A stretch of DNA of 64,000 nucleotides, taken from sequence record PZ154897.1. The stretch is one strand, 5' to 3'. The notes beneath the pieces are model-generated. The model was not told the origin of the DNA. It ran no database searches and saw nothing but the letters and a program-made list of their open reading frames with translations. The translations under genes and the position numbers were made by a program. This document shows positions 37,502 through 46,477 of the stretch, piece after piece; positions within the stretch are counted from its first letter, which is position 1, and each line of letters opens with the position of its first letter. The DNA comes from a phage.

Positions 37502-38039
37502 TTACTATTTCCAAAAGTTTATTATTTTTAAGGTAGTTAGCCTTTTCTAGGACTTCAGAAGCATATTTAGAACCTGCTTTAACATTCCATCCCGAATTAT
37601 AAGAGGATATAGCCTTTCTTATATCGCCCTTATGTATATTTAACCAATAAGAAAGTTCAATGTACGCCCAGGAAGCTGAATTGGACCGTTTATTCAACAT
37701 TCTTTTTATTTCAGCATCGGTCATATTATAACCAAGTTCCTTAACTCTTGCTCGCATTGTCGGCAAATAATTTTGGAACATTCCATAGGCATGATGCTTT
37801 GGTTTAGATTTTAAATTAACTCCGGCAGAGCTTTCTTGCCATAAAATAGCAGCCATTATATGACCTAATCCACCCTTGTGGATATTTTTATGTGTTTTAT
37901 ATTTTCCATCCTTAGAAAATTGTTCCCCGAATTGATACGCGTAACGCATGTTATCGAGTTGGACATTACTGAAAGTATGCTCGGAGCTATGTGCCATCAT
38001 TGAAATGGCCAATAGACCAGCGAGTAGTGCTTTTCTCAT
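37494..38039 (-). CDS. secreted lytic transglycosylase-like protein (SLT family 1 motifs)
   Basis: 181 aa; signal peptide MRKALLAGLLAISMMAHS; motifs ILWQESS, YGMFQ, SYNSG. Confidence 0.6.
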   Translation of the reverse strand: MRKALLAGLLAISMMAHSSEHTFSNVQLDNMRYAYQFGEQFSKDGKYKTHKNIHKGGLGHIMAAILWQESSAGVNLKSKPKHHAYGMFQNYLPTMRARVKELGYNMTDAEIKRMLNKRSNSASWAYIELSYWLNIHKGDIRKAISSYNSGWNVKAGSKYASEVLEKANYLKNNKLLEIVND

Positions 38040-38046
38040 GCTTACC

Positions 38047-38508
38047 TCATTGAGTTTTAATTACTGCTTTAGAAGCCTTTCCTGGTAAACGACGACTGTT
38101 GATAATTGCCATCCTACATTGAAGTGACGGGTCTTTGAACTTCGCATTAGGTTTACAAACTGTAAATCCAAGCCAAAGATTTCCATCAGTGATTTCTAAA
38201 CGCCCAGGACGATATTCAACCCCATCAATAAAATCCTCGTCAATGTCAGGACGCGGAGGCATACTCAGGAATTCATTAACTTCTAAAACATGGTCTTTTA
38301 TTTTATGGAATAATTCAAAAACATATGTCTCATCAATCTCCCGTTGAATTGCACGATCAAGAAGATGTTGAGAATATTTTAGATGAAACGATGAGACCCC
38401 TGCTGCTTTTGATGCCTCACGAATCTCATTGTTAATTTGACGAAACTCCGACTCAAAGTGACGACGAAGCTTATTTCGACGGATAAAAACTTCTGTATTG
38501 ATAGTCAT
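38047..38508 (-). CDS. regB: site-specific RNA endonuclease RegB
   Basis: 153 aa; size and position (upstream of denV, downstream of early promoter) as T4 regB; identity from synteny and partial recall. Confidence 0.7.
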   Translation of the reverse strand: MTINTEVFIRRNKLRRHFESEFRQINNEIREASKAAGVSSFHLKYSQHLLDRAIQREIDETYVFELFHKIKDHVLEVNEFLSMPPRPDIDEDFIDGVEYRPGRLEITDGNLWLGFTVCKPNAKFKDPSLQCRMAIINSRRLPGKASKAVIKTQ

Positions 38509-38533
38509 GTTATTCTCCTCTTAACTGATAGAA

Positions 38534-38563
38534 AAATTATACCACAGTCAAGAGGAAAAGTAA
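38534..38563 (-). promoter_or_regulatory. early sigma70-type promoter upstream of regB
   Basis: minus-strand GTTTAC (38558-38563) and TGTGGTATAAT (38534-38544). Confidence 0.5.
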
Positions 38564-38568
38564 ACAAG

Positions 38569-38847
38569 TTATTCTTTAAATCTAATCAATTTATTCATAG
38601 ACTTTGAAACTTCTGCACGAACCTCATGTAGGTTTTTAAGCTGTTCAAGACGCTGCTCATAGTAAGCAATTTCATCTTCTTCGAGACAGTCCTGTGAATC
38701 TTCTTTAAGATAACGCGCATAGTCCTGGAAAGCTTTACGGACTACTTCCTGGAAGTCATCAAGACTTTGAATTTTCTTAGGAGCAACAGATACACGACGA
38801 GGGGCAGTATAATACTCATAACCAAACCCTGCGCTTAATTGAGCCAT
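38569..38847 (-). CDS. hypothetical protein (vs.3 position)
   Basis: ORF trimmed to internal Met [13 protein letters not shown]... (92 aa). Confidence 0.4.
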   Translation of the reverse strand: MAQLSAGFGYEYYTAPRRVSVAPKKIQSLDDFQEVVRKAFQDYARYLKEDSQDCLEEDEIAYYEQRLEQLKNLHEVRAEVSKSMNKLIRFKE

Positions 38848-39149
38848 TAATATTTTTCCTCTGGTTGGAACACAGCACGACAAGCCCACATACTGGCTTC
38901 TTTGAGTTTCGTTTTAGCAATAGTTAACTGATCAAGACTTTCAGCATAATTCTTTGCGAATTCGCAGTCTTCACAATTATCTAATGCTTCCCAGAATTCA
39001 TCGTATAAAGCATCAAAGATAAGTCCTAAACGAACTTCAGCGTCTTTGATAGCATTCACTTTACTGATTTTATCGTCAGTATGTGGCTTATAACCTTTAA
39101 TATCTTCAATCATATTTGACTTCCTCACCAGTGCATAAATCATATTCAA
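38847..39149 (-). CDS. hypothetical ~100-aa protein at the vs.4 position (candidate Acb2-type sponge by synteny only)
   Basis: second ORF after regB; size near T4 Vs.4; no sequence-level confirmation possible here. Confidence 0.35.
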   Translation of the reverse strand: MNMIYALVRKSNMIEDIKGYKPHTDDKISKVNAIKDAEVRLGLIFDALYDEFWEALDNCEDCEFAKNYAESLDQLTIAKTKLKEASMWACRAVFQPEEKY

Positions 39150-39327
39150 CTAAACGAATAGGTTCATGAATGCCATATCCCTGAACAGAAATTTCTGTCG
39201 TAGGATAAATTCCACTAATATCACCCATATTCCACGCTTCATTAAATTGCTGTTCGCCTGAATTACTAAACCATTCGGCGAAAGCATTTAGCACATCTTT
39301 AGAACCTTCAATAATTATCTTTGCCAT
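39106..39327 (-). CDS. hypothetical small protein
   Basis: 73-aa ORF. Confidence 0.4.
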   Translation of the reverse strand: MAKIIIEGSKDVLNAFAEWFSNSGEQQFNEAWNMGDISGIYPTTEISVQGYGIHEPIRLVEYDLCTGEEVKYD

Positions 39328-39689
39328 TACAGACTCTCGGTAAAGGTACGAGCGATAACGTCGCGCTGCTGTTCCGGAGTCAGAGAGTTAAAGCGAACTG
39401 CATAACCGGATACACGGATGGTCAGCTGCGGATATTTTTCCGGATGCTTAACTGCATCTTCCAGAGTTTCACGACGCAGAACGTTAACGTTCAGGTGTTG
39501 ACCACCTTCAATTTTAACTGTAGGTTGTGTTTCAATTTCAATTTCACGGGCATGCAAACCATAGAAAATTTCTGGGTCTACAAAAGAGTCCTCTTTAAAG
39601 GTTTTAGAGACAATAATTCGTGCTTGAATACCGTCTTCAAAATAAATAGTACCTTTATGCGTGCCTTCAAGAATTTGATATGCTTTCAT
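39327..39689 (-). CDS. autonomous glycyl-radical cofactor (GrcA/YfiD-like)
   Basis: C-terminal ~60 aa [59 protein letters not shown] carry the RVSGY glycyl-radical motif; local GC and codon usage enterobacterial-like. Confidence 0.85.
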   Translation of the reverse strand: MKAYQILEGTHKGTIYFEDGIQARIIVSKTFKEDSFVDPEIFYGLHAREIEIETQPTVKIEGGQHLNVNVLRRETLEDAVKHPEKYPQLTIRVSGYAVRFNSLTPEQQRDVIARTFTESL

Positions 39690-39697
39690 ATAACCTC

Positions 39698-40024
39698 TCA
39701 ATTAGAAAATAAATTTATCCAAGATTGCTCTTTAATTAAAAATGGCTCAGAATCATATGCCATTAAACTTTGGGTAATTAGTCCTTTAAAAGGCCCATCA
39801 ATAAATTCCATGGTAAAATATGGAATTTTATTCATTAATCTTGCATTAGGAGCAGTGCACAAAACTCTGCATCCTTTGAATACGCCTTTTTGTAATTTGT
39901 ATTGCTTAGGATAAAATTCGCTCAAGACGTTGTTATTTGCCAAAATTTCAAAATGATTCACCAATTTATTTTTAATAGTTTTTGGCGAAAAATAAAGATA
40001 TTCGAAAAGTTGCGTGTCTGTCAT
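39698..40024 (-). CDS. hypothetical protein
   Basis: ORF trimmed to internal Met ([15 protein letters not shown]...). Confidence 0.4.
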   Translation of the reverse strand: MTDTQLFEYLYFSPKTIKNKLVNHFEILANNNVLSEFYPKQYKLQKGVFKGCRVLCTAPNARLMNKIPYFTMEFIDGPFKGLITQSLMAYDSEPFLIKEQSWINLFSN

Positions 40025-40611
40025 CATTGCATTCCAATCACAAAAAATTGAGGACGAGTAATACCACCAATGCAACATTTACTATTGCAGCAGTACTGTA
40101 CAGTGTCAATATGAGCATCATAAATCTTATCCATATCAGGAGATTTGACAGGCTCATCAATTATATATAAAATTCGCGAAAGAGATAAACCTCTGAACTT
40201 GCTTCCTTTATTACCAATAAAACTACACACAGAATCAGTAAATAAACGAAAACGTATATCATCATTAGAATAACGCGAAAATTCCTTTTTGATGTTATCT
40301 GCAGAAATTTTAGCATAAGCTGAACTATTAGAAAGAACAATAACTGTTCCACCGTCATACAACCAATTAGCGGCAAAATTAGTTACTGCAATTGATTTAC
40401 CGGATTGACGTCCACCATCTAGTCGAAGTGTGCAATACTGCTTAAGTAAGTCTTCAAATGGCAGGATATATTCGTTTTTACAAATTTCTTCTACTCTAGC
40501 ATCAGAATGGTGTGTAAAAGCATTCATCAGGGATAGATAAGGACCAGTTAAAAATGTTCTCATTTTGTTATCTCTAAATTTGGGCCATTCCGTGGCGCAT
40601 GAATTGTCCAT
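40024..40611 (-). CDS. small P-loop NTPase-like protein
   Basis: 195 aa; Walker A-like GGRQSGKS and Walker B-like ILYIIDEP. Confidence 0.45.
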   Translation of the reverse strand: MDNSCATEWPKFRDNKMRTFLTGPYLSLMNAFTHHSDARVEEICKNEYILPFEDLLKQYCTLRLDGGRQSGKSIAVTNFAANWLYDGGTVIVLSNSSAYAKISADNIKKEFSRYSNDDIRFRLFTDSVCSFIGNKGSKFRGLSLSRILYIIDEPVKSPDMDKIYDAHIDTVQYCCNSKCCIGGITRPQFFVIGMQ

Positions 40612-40708
40612 TTCTGTATTTACCCATTACCGCACTTGGGCTCGACCTTATTACAGGTTGGCGGGAATCCCTCATAGAATCATGAGGTCCAGGTTATTCC
40701 CATGTTAT

Positions 40709-41125
40709 TTAAATGTAAATATTTTTGCCGTAATACTTGTACCAGTGTGGCTTCATTAAAATTTTTTCATCGAGTCGTTGTTGACTCAACCTAATAGCTG
40801 ATTTGCATGGATTATAATCATTTTTCCATTCTACTGGAATATCACTGATGTCAGGAACTTCAGTATCTTTTATACTAAACCCGCGTTTTAAGCATTCCGT
40901 TATAATGTCTGATTGACGCTTTCGCAAAAATTCTAACTTATCGTAAAAGAACGTAACATGACCAGAACCTAAAATAAACTCGGAAGATATTTTAAAATCT
41001 TTAACTCGTTTACCATTTGCCACGTGTTTACGAATTATACCAAAAACACGTGGCAATTCACGGTATTCTGCGATTAAATGCTGATCAGCAAGTTCAGATA
41101 CTAAAGTCAAATTAATACGAGTCAT
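40709..41125 (-). CDS. denV: endonuclease V (pyrimidine-dimer DNA glycosylase) DenV
   Basis: 138 aa [29 protein letters not shown]...WYKYYGK matches T4 endo V from memory. Confidence 0.95.
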   Translation of the reverse strand: MTRINLTLVSELADQHLIAEYRELPRVFGIIRKHVANGKRVKDFKISSEFILGSGHVTFFYDKLEFLRKRQSDIITECLKRGFSIKDTEVPDISDIPVEWKNDYNPCKSAIRLSQQRLDEKILMKPHWYKYYGKNIYI

Positions 41126-41148
41126 TTTATCCCTCCAAGTAACTGTGA

Positions 41149-41181
41149 ATATACTATCACAGTTACTTGGAGAAAGTAAAC
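41149..41181 (-). promoter_or_regulatory. early sigma70-type promoter upstream of denV
   Basis: minus-strand GTTTAC (41176-41181) and TGATAGTATAT (41149-41159). Confidence 0.5.
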
Positions 41182-41185
41182 AACT

Positions 41186-41716
<531 letters not shown>

Positions 41717-42172
41717 TTAAAAGAGGCTGTTCATTATTCGGTAAAGTGAAGGACCCATCACATATTGCCACTGAGTACGAGGAATAAGAGCAAAAGCATC
41801 CATCTCTGGAATCATAACACCATCTTTATTTTCAAAATAAGACTCGCAATGGCAATTTCTAAACATCTCATGCTCTACTGGAATCGTATAATAAAATAAC
41901 TGTAAGTCTTTATTACTAGAATATTTAAATACACCTAGGTCTTCTAGAAGGTCTGGATTATAATTATTAAAACCAGTCTCTTCTAAGCATTCTCTTCGTG
42001 CTGCATCTAGCGCGCTTAAATCAGAATTTTCTACACGGCCCTTTGGGATATCCCAGCGATGTGCCATCATTCCAGGCTTACGAGAACCAGTAACCCGACC
42101 CATAAATAAATCTTTATCTTCTGTCATAAAGATAATACCAGCTGATAATGTTTTCATTTTAATTTCCTGCAT
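41717..42172 (-). CDS. nudE: Nudix hydrolase NudE
   Basis: 151 aa; Nudix box GRVENSDLSALDAARRECLEETGF. Confidence 0.85.
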   Translation of the reverse strand: MQEIKMKTLSAGIIFMTEDKDLFMGRVTGSRKPGMMAHRWDIPKGRVENSDLSALDAARRECLEETGFNNYNPDLLEDLGVFKYSSNKDLQLFYYTIPVEHEMFRNCHCESYFENKDGVMIPEMDAFALIPRTQWQYVMGPSLYRIMNSLF

Positions 42173-42642
42173 TCAGTGATAAAGTTATTTAAATTTTGAG
42201 TATATTTCTTTTCATCAAAAATCTTTTGTTGTCTGCGTAGCCGCCATGGCATTTCAATGAACGTGTACCATATCCCAGATAATATTGCTGCTGTAAAAAT
42301 ATTAACAAGTATGGTTAAAAGAATCCAATCTCCTATTCTGTCCATTGGATTTTTTATAAAAAAGTAAAATACGAATGATGTCACAGGAAGACTAATAATA
42401 TACCACAGAATCATAATTTTATCTGTGAACCAATCAGCGTTCGTTAATTTAGCGCGACCATTATGAATACATACGAATTTATCATCTGTTGCAGTAGATG
42501 GCTTAACTGGTTGATATCCCATTCTAAACTCCCTAATCAGCAAATTTTTCATATCTTCGGAACAGCCATTCCAGTCAACTCTATCAACTGGAATGCCATC
42601 ATCCCCATCATCTAAATCATACCAGCGAGTTTTTAAAATCAT
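42154..42642 (-). CDS. two-TM membrane protein, paralog 1 (C-terminal FITECRK tail)
   Basis: 162 aa; TM segments + basic WRLRRQQK + ...NFITECRKLK; overlaps neighbours. Confidence 0.5.
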   Translation of the reverse strand: MILKTRWYDLDDGDDGIPVDRVDWNGCSEDMKNLLIREFRMGYQPVKPSTATDDKFVCIHNGRAKLTNADWFTDKIMILWYIISLPVTSFVFYFFIKNPMDRIGDWILLTILVNIFTAAILSGIWYTFIEMPWRLRRQQKIFDEKKYTQNLNNFITECRKLK

Positions 42643-43004
42643 CTGATTTTCCTACAATCACTCACAAACTCTTTCATTGATTCATTTTCAATATAAGACA
42701 TGTAGCTATTATATTCTTTTAATTGTATTTTGTAATCCTTTTTTCTTTGCCAATTTATTTTAAAATTATCATAATGAAAATATAGAATGATACAAAAGAA
42801 TGAAAATAATGAAATAATTTTAGTATAGCGAAGTTCACTCCAAACTTCTATTATATTTACTGTGCCATCGATGTTTAAAATAAAACAGTCGTCAATTAAC
42901 AATCCAAAAAGACTACCCGCAAGAGCTGCAGCCAACGCCACAGCAAAAATTAAAAATGACTCAGGAAGCGAATATTTGACTTTATTTAGTTTTGGCTTTT
43001 GCAT
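42639..43004 (-). CDS. two-TM membrane protein, paralog 2 (C-terminal FVSDCRK tail)
   Basis: 121 aa; ATGA overlap with paralog 1. Confidence 0.5.
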   Translation of the reverse strand: MQKPKLNKVKYSLPESFLIFAVALAAALAGSLFGLLIDDCFILNIDGTVNIIEVWSELRYTKIISLFSFFCIILYFHYDNFKINWQRKKDYKIQLKEYNSYMSYIENESMKEFVSDCRKIR

Positions 43005-43399
43005 CGTGATTCCTTAACAAATTTCATAATTTCATCAAATTCATACGCAGCAAGTTTAAGCTGATATTCCTTTTTAATCTTTTTACACTGTGCTTTCCAA
43101 TCACGTACGCGTTTACGATAATGCCTTCCTTGATACCAGTATCCTACCCAATTTACAGGTACTAATAAAAATGGAACTATTAATGGAAGAATTAGCATTA
43201 ATACAAGTATTTCGCCAGAATCAATATCAGTCATAACATCTAAAACACCTCCAATAATCAATAGAATTACAAATGATATGAGTATAACAGGACCTATTAA
43301 TACATCAGTAGAAATTAGCTGACGCTTTGGTTCATACTTCACAGGTTTACTTGGAAGGTATAGTGATGGCTTTGACATATTCTCTACATTCCTTAACAA
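42986..43399 (-). CDS. two-TM membrane protein, paralog 3 (C-terminal FVKESRCK tail)
   Basis: 137 aa; start uncertain (possible internal Met MSKPSLY). Confidence 0.5.
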   Translation of the reverse strand: MLRNVENMSKPSLYLPSKPVKYEPKRQLISTDVLIGPVILISFVILLIIGGVLDVMTDIDSGEILVLMLILPLIVPFLLVPVNWVGYWYQGRHYRKRVRDWKAQCKKIKKEYQLKLAAYEFDEIMKFVKESRCKSQN

Positions 43400-43955
43400 A
43401 TTTTTCTAATAATAAATCGCTTTCAAAATTAGGATTTTCCACGAATTTATCAAAAAGATCATCAACAATAGTTAAGATATTCTTTTTACTAAGAATACGT
43501 TTATTTTCATGCTTTGTTTCAGAATCAACTATAAGAGTAAAGAAATATTTCTTTCCCTGAAATTTTACCGTAGTATCAATATAGAACAAATTTGACTTTT
43601 GTAAATTACGTTTAAACCATGCGTCACTTAAACTATAAACGCCAAGATAATCATAATCGTCATTTAAATAACAAACCGTCCATTCAGGAGAAATGAAATC
43701 AGTAAATTCAACATCAAAATCACACGTCAATGAATGAATTGATTCAATACTTTTAATGAGTATTCCAGGACGTATTAAAGACTTTTTACCTCTAGAAAAT
43801 CTTCCAGAAAGACTTTCATCAGTTTCATATGAAGACCCCCAATAGTAATTACGTCCTTCTGCCATACGTTTAAGAGCATTTAGTAATTGGTCTGGAACAT
43901 CAACCTGTCTTTGGAACTCTTCAAACATTGAATTGAAATCACTTTGCATTTTCAT
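43347..43955 (-). CDS. hypothetical protein sharing the C-terminal FVKECRE motif with the membrane paralogs
   Basis: 202-aa ORF. Confidence 0.5.
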   Translation of the reverse strand: MKMQSDFNSMFEEFQRQVDVPDQLLNALKRMAEGRNYYWGSSYETDESLSGRFSRGKKSLIRPGILIKSIESIHSLTCDFDVEFTDFISPEWTVCYLNDDYDYLGVYSLSDAWFKRNLQKSNLFYIDTTVKFQGKKYFFTLIVDSETKHENKRILSKKNILTIVDDLFDKFVENPNFESDLLLEKFVKECREYVKAITIPSK

Positions 43956-43975
43956 TCCTATTTACTCCAAGTAAT

Positions 43976-43991
43976 AGGGGCCGAAGCCCCT
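43976..43991 (-). other. AGGGGC-UUCG-GCCCCU tetraloop hairpin
   Basis: palindrome with cgaa loop in 41-bp intergenic gap. Confidence 0.5.
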
Positions 43992-43996
43992 TATCA

Positions 43997-44590
43997 TTAT
44001 TTCAGAGAATTAATGTATTCCTGAACATCGGCAGAGGTAGTTTCAACCCCGGAAATATTACCGTTAAAGGTTTCAACTCGAGCAAGAGTATCTTCAATAT
44101 CAACCTTAGTTAGCGCTGCGATTTCAACTACATCATCGGCAGTACTAATTCCAAGGGCATTTGCTGCACGAGTTTCACGGATATATTCCAATTTAACTGC
44201 AAGTTCTTGACGAGCATCATCTAATTCAACTACTTTCTTGGCGATTTCAATTCGCATTTCAGCATAACCATCAGCTTTAGTAGTCAACTGCTCAGCTGTT
44301 CGACGATATAGTAAACCGAGCTTAGCATGCATTGTTACATCTTGACCTTCGGAAAGAAGTTTGCGAATTTCACGCTCTTTTGATTCGGCTTGTCGATTCT
44401 TTTCGATAACAAGTTCACGAATACGTTTTTCTTCATTAATAGATTTAACAGAAGCAGTTTTTAGATCTTTAATTTTATCAAGCAGTTTTGCTGCTGCAGC
44501 AGTATACTGTTCTTCAACAGATAGATTTTTAGCCATAGCAGAACCAAGTTTAGTGCGAATAAACTCAACAATTTTCTTCAGTGTGTTCAT
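43997..44590 (-). CDS. coiled-coil protein resembling PspA/IM30 (phage-shock protein A family)
   Basis: 197 aa, mostly helical; local similarity to E. coli PspA recalled from memory (LDDARQEL vs VDDTLARM, IRETRA vs [15 protein letters not shown] vs ARFESFERRI). Confidence 0.4.
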   Translation of the reverse strand: MNTLKKIVEFIRTKLGSAMAKNLSVEEQYTAAAAKLLDKIKDLKTASVKSINEEKRIRELVIEKNRQAESKEREIRKLLSEGQDVTMHAKLGLLYRRTAEQLTTKADGYAEMRIEIAKKVVELDDARQELAVKLEYIRETRAANALGISTADDVVEIAALTKVDIEDTLARVETFNGNISGVETTSADVQEYINSLK

Positions 44591-44616
44591 AGTATTTCCT
44601 TAGATTGATACAATTA

Positions 44617-44647
44617 GATAATATCACGTTTTTAATAGATTGTAAAC
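44617..44647 (-). promoter_or_regulatory. early sigma70-type promoter upstream of the PspA-like gene
   Basis: minus-strand GTTTAC (44642-44647) and TGATATTATC (44617-44626). Confidence 0.4.
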
Positions 44648-44983
44648 TTATTCTTCGTCTAGCTCGTCGATAAAGACGTTGATGGACTCGACAATGGCAT
44701 CGTTAATAGCCAGTAAAATAAAATCGTCGTCAGTACCTTTATAAGATTCTGAAGCATTGATATATGCTTGATTGGCGAGTTCCCAAGCCTTTTTAAAATA
44801 AGGAGCTTCATCATCAGGACAAATATCCCGCACACCTTCAAAGATACGATTGGCATAATCTAACACCCATTGTACAGGTATGTTTTGAGAACGTTCATTA
44901 AACTCTTTAAAGTCCTTAGATTCAAAAAGCTCTTCAGGGTAATCATTTCTATTGCAAAAATCTTTGCTAAAGTTACGTTTCAT
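44648..44983 (-). CDS. hypothetical acidic protein
   Basis: 111-aa ORF. Confidence 0.45.
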   Translation of the reverse strand: MKRNFSKDFCNRNDYPEELFESKDFKEFNERSQNIPVQWVLDYANRIFEGVRDICPDDEAPYFKKAWELANQAYINASESYKGTDDDFILLAINDAIVESINVFIDELDEE

Positions 44984-45038
44984 AATATTTTCCTCAAATT
45001 ATAGGCTCATAATATCTCAATCATGAGCCTATGTAAAC

Positions 45039-45314
45039 TTATTTCATATTATTAAAATATTCTTCTGCGATTTCGTCGTTATCATGGTAAACTTTAGAAG
45101 ACAGTTTAACATAACCTTCAGCAGTGAACATGTTAATCACAACCTTTACAGTATACCACTGACCGTCTTCATTACCCATTACTGCGTAAGTTTCAAACAT
45201 CGGATGGTCAGGACCGATAACTTTAATATCATTCACTGTACGACCGAAATCTTCTGAAACACATTTCATAAAGAAGTTGAACAGTTCGCCGTAATTATCC
45301 ATTTCATTCTCCAA
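45039..45314 (-). CDS. hypothetical small protein
   Basis: 91-aa ORF downstream of promoter cassette; start may be Met5. Confidence 0.45.
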   Translation of the reverse strand: MENEMDNYGELFNFFMKCVSEDFGRTVNDIKVIGPDHPMFETYAVMGNEDGQWYTVKVVINMFTAEGYVKLSSKVYHDNDEIAEEYFNNMK

Positions 45315-45343
45315 GTTATTTTCTGTATCAGTAGTTGATAGTT

Positions 45344-45375
45344 GTATAGTACCATGGAAAAACGGGGATGTAAAC
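45344..45375 (-). promoter_or_regulatory. early sigma70-type promoter (repeat-cassette member)
   Basis: minus-strand GTTTAC (45370-45375) and TGGTACTATAC (45344-45354); upstream TTTTCACAAAACTGTTTAC. Confidence 0.5.
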
Positions 45376-45506
45376 AGTTTTGTGAAAAATTTTTTTAAAA
45401 AGTTTTAGGGAATTCTAGGGTGGGAAGGGGCAATTAAAGGATAGGATAATATATTATAAAGGGTAGAAACTAAATGATGCCTAGAGAGGTCCAGAAAGGT
45501 CTAGAT

Positions 45507-45539
45507 ACCAAAAAGCCCCAACCTTTCGGTCGGGGCTAA
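45507..45539. repeat. 33-bp direct repeat, copy 1 (terminator module)
   Basis: accaaaaagccccaacctttcggtcggggctaa identical to 46050..46082. Confidence 0.8.
45514..45537 (-). terminator. rho-independent terminator downstream of the IP-like gene
   Basis: agcccc(g/a)acc stem with tttc/GAAA loop; minus-strand UUUUUGG follows. Confidence 0.6.
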
Positions 45540-45544
45540 GAATG

Positions 45545-46003
45545 TTATTTGATTTGTTTAGCAGACCAAATGCGGTCTTTAATAATTTTTTGGATGTCTT
45601 CAACATACTCTAGGTCATGAGCATGTGGATTATCTTTAAAACTATAAGCTCGCGCAAGTTTCTGGCCTTCGGTCTTAATTACCAAAAGTTCTTTAAGAAT
45701 TGCTTCATACCTAGAAATAATTCCTTTAGCAATATTTTTTTCTTGTGCTGCTTTAGGGTCAGCCTTAGGAGCAGGTTTACCAGAAGGTTTTTCGAAAGCC
45801 GCACCAGTAGCAACCAGGCTTTTCCAGGCGGTGGTAACATAGTTACCCACAAAGCCTTCAGCTCTCATATCGTCGTAGAACTTGTACCGAGATTCGTCAG
45901 AAGCATCTTTATAAGAATATTTACCAGCTTTAATAGCAGCAGTTGCTACAGCGCGAACATCTGAAGCGGATGCTTCATTTAAAAATTGAGCATATGATTT
46001 CAT
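45545..46003 (-). CDS. internal-protein-like ORF with capsid-targeting-sequence-like leader (MKSYAQFLNEA)
   Basis: 152 aa; N-terminal decapeptide resembles the T4 IP leader MKTYQEFIAE; Ala/Lys-rich; late promoter upstream; flanked by 33-bp repeats. Confidence 0.5.
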   Translation of the reverse strand: MKSYAQFLNEASASDVRAVATAAIKAGKYSYKDASDESRYKFYDDMRAEGFVGNYVTTAWKSLVATGAAFEKPSGKPAPKADPKAAQEKNIAKGIISRYEAILKELLVIKTEGQKLARAYSFKDNPHAHDLEYVEDIQKIIKDRIWSAKQIK

Positions 46004-46042
46004 CTTATTTCCTGTTTTAATTCGTGATTTAATATACTACTA

Positions 46043-46050
46043 TATTTATA
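46043..46050 (-). promoter_or_regulatory. late promoter TATAAATA
   Basis: tatttata on plus strand ~40 nt upstream of the 46003 start. Confidence 0.5.
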
Positions 46051-46082
46051 CCAAAAAGCCCCAACCTTTCGGTCGGGGCTAA
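46050..46082. repeat. 33-bp direct repeat, copy 2 (terminator module)
   Basis: identical to 45507..45539. Confidence 0.8.
46057..46080 (-). terminator. rho-independent terminator at the 3' end of the tRNA/stable-RNA transcription unit
   Basis: same hairpin as 45514..45537 followed by minus-strand U-run. Confidence 0.6.
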
Positions 46083-46084
46083 AG

Positions 46085-46397
46085 CCTTGCGGCAACCTTG
46101 TCGGGGTTCCACCTGCTAAGGCAAGTGTTTGTACGAAACGCCGGGATTCGAACCCGGTTATTAAGCAGTTGACGCTACTTAATATTTTTAAAAGGCCATA
46201 TCTCGACCATATCCGAACGTTCCGTCAAAAACGCTACTCGGCTTACGGCAAAGATATTTCCTCGAATCGATAATTCGGTGCGCCGTTTCTGCTGTGATGT
46301 AAGAGGGCATCAACAAATCATAAAGATTTATTAACGCAATTCCTTACCCAGGGAACATCAGTCCGACGACTTACCGGTAGCGACCCGGTTTCTTGTC
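46085..46397 (-). ncRNA. stable small-RNA region (candidate rnaC/rnaD-like RNAs); boundaries unresolved
   Basis: ~310-bp non-coding, relatively GC-rich tract downstream of tRNA-Arg with a T-arm-like CCGGGTTCGAATCCCGG element. Confidence 0.35.
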
Positions 46398-46474
<77 letters not shown>

Positions 46475-46477
46475 TAA

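Noticed and set aside
39321-39914. 197-aa plus-strand ORF
   Set aside because: Antisense to three consecutive well-supported minus-strand genes including the GrcA-like gene; Phe/Asn-rich low-complexity translation typical of AT-rich antisense frames
40612-40708. Apparently structured GC-richer tract between the P-loop ORF and denV (possible small RNA)
   Set aside because: No convincing conserved hairpin or promoter/terminator pair; partly overlaps the 3' ends of flanking ORFs
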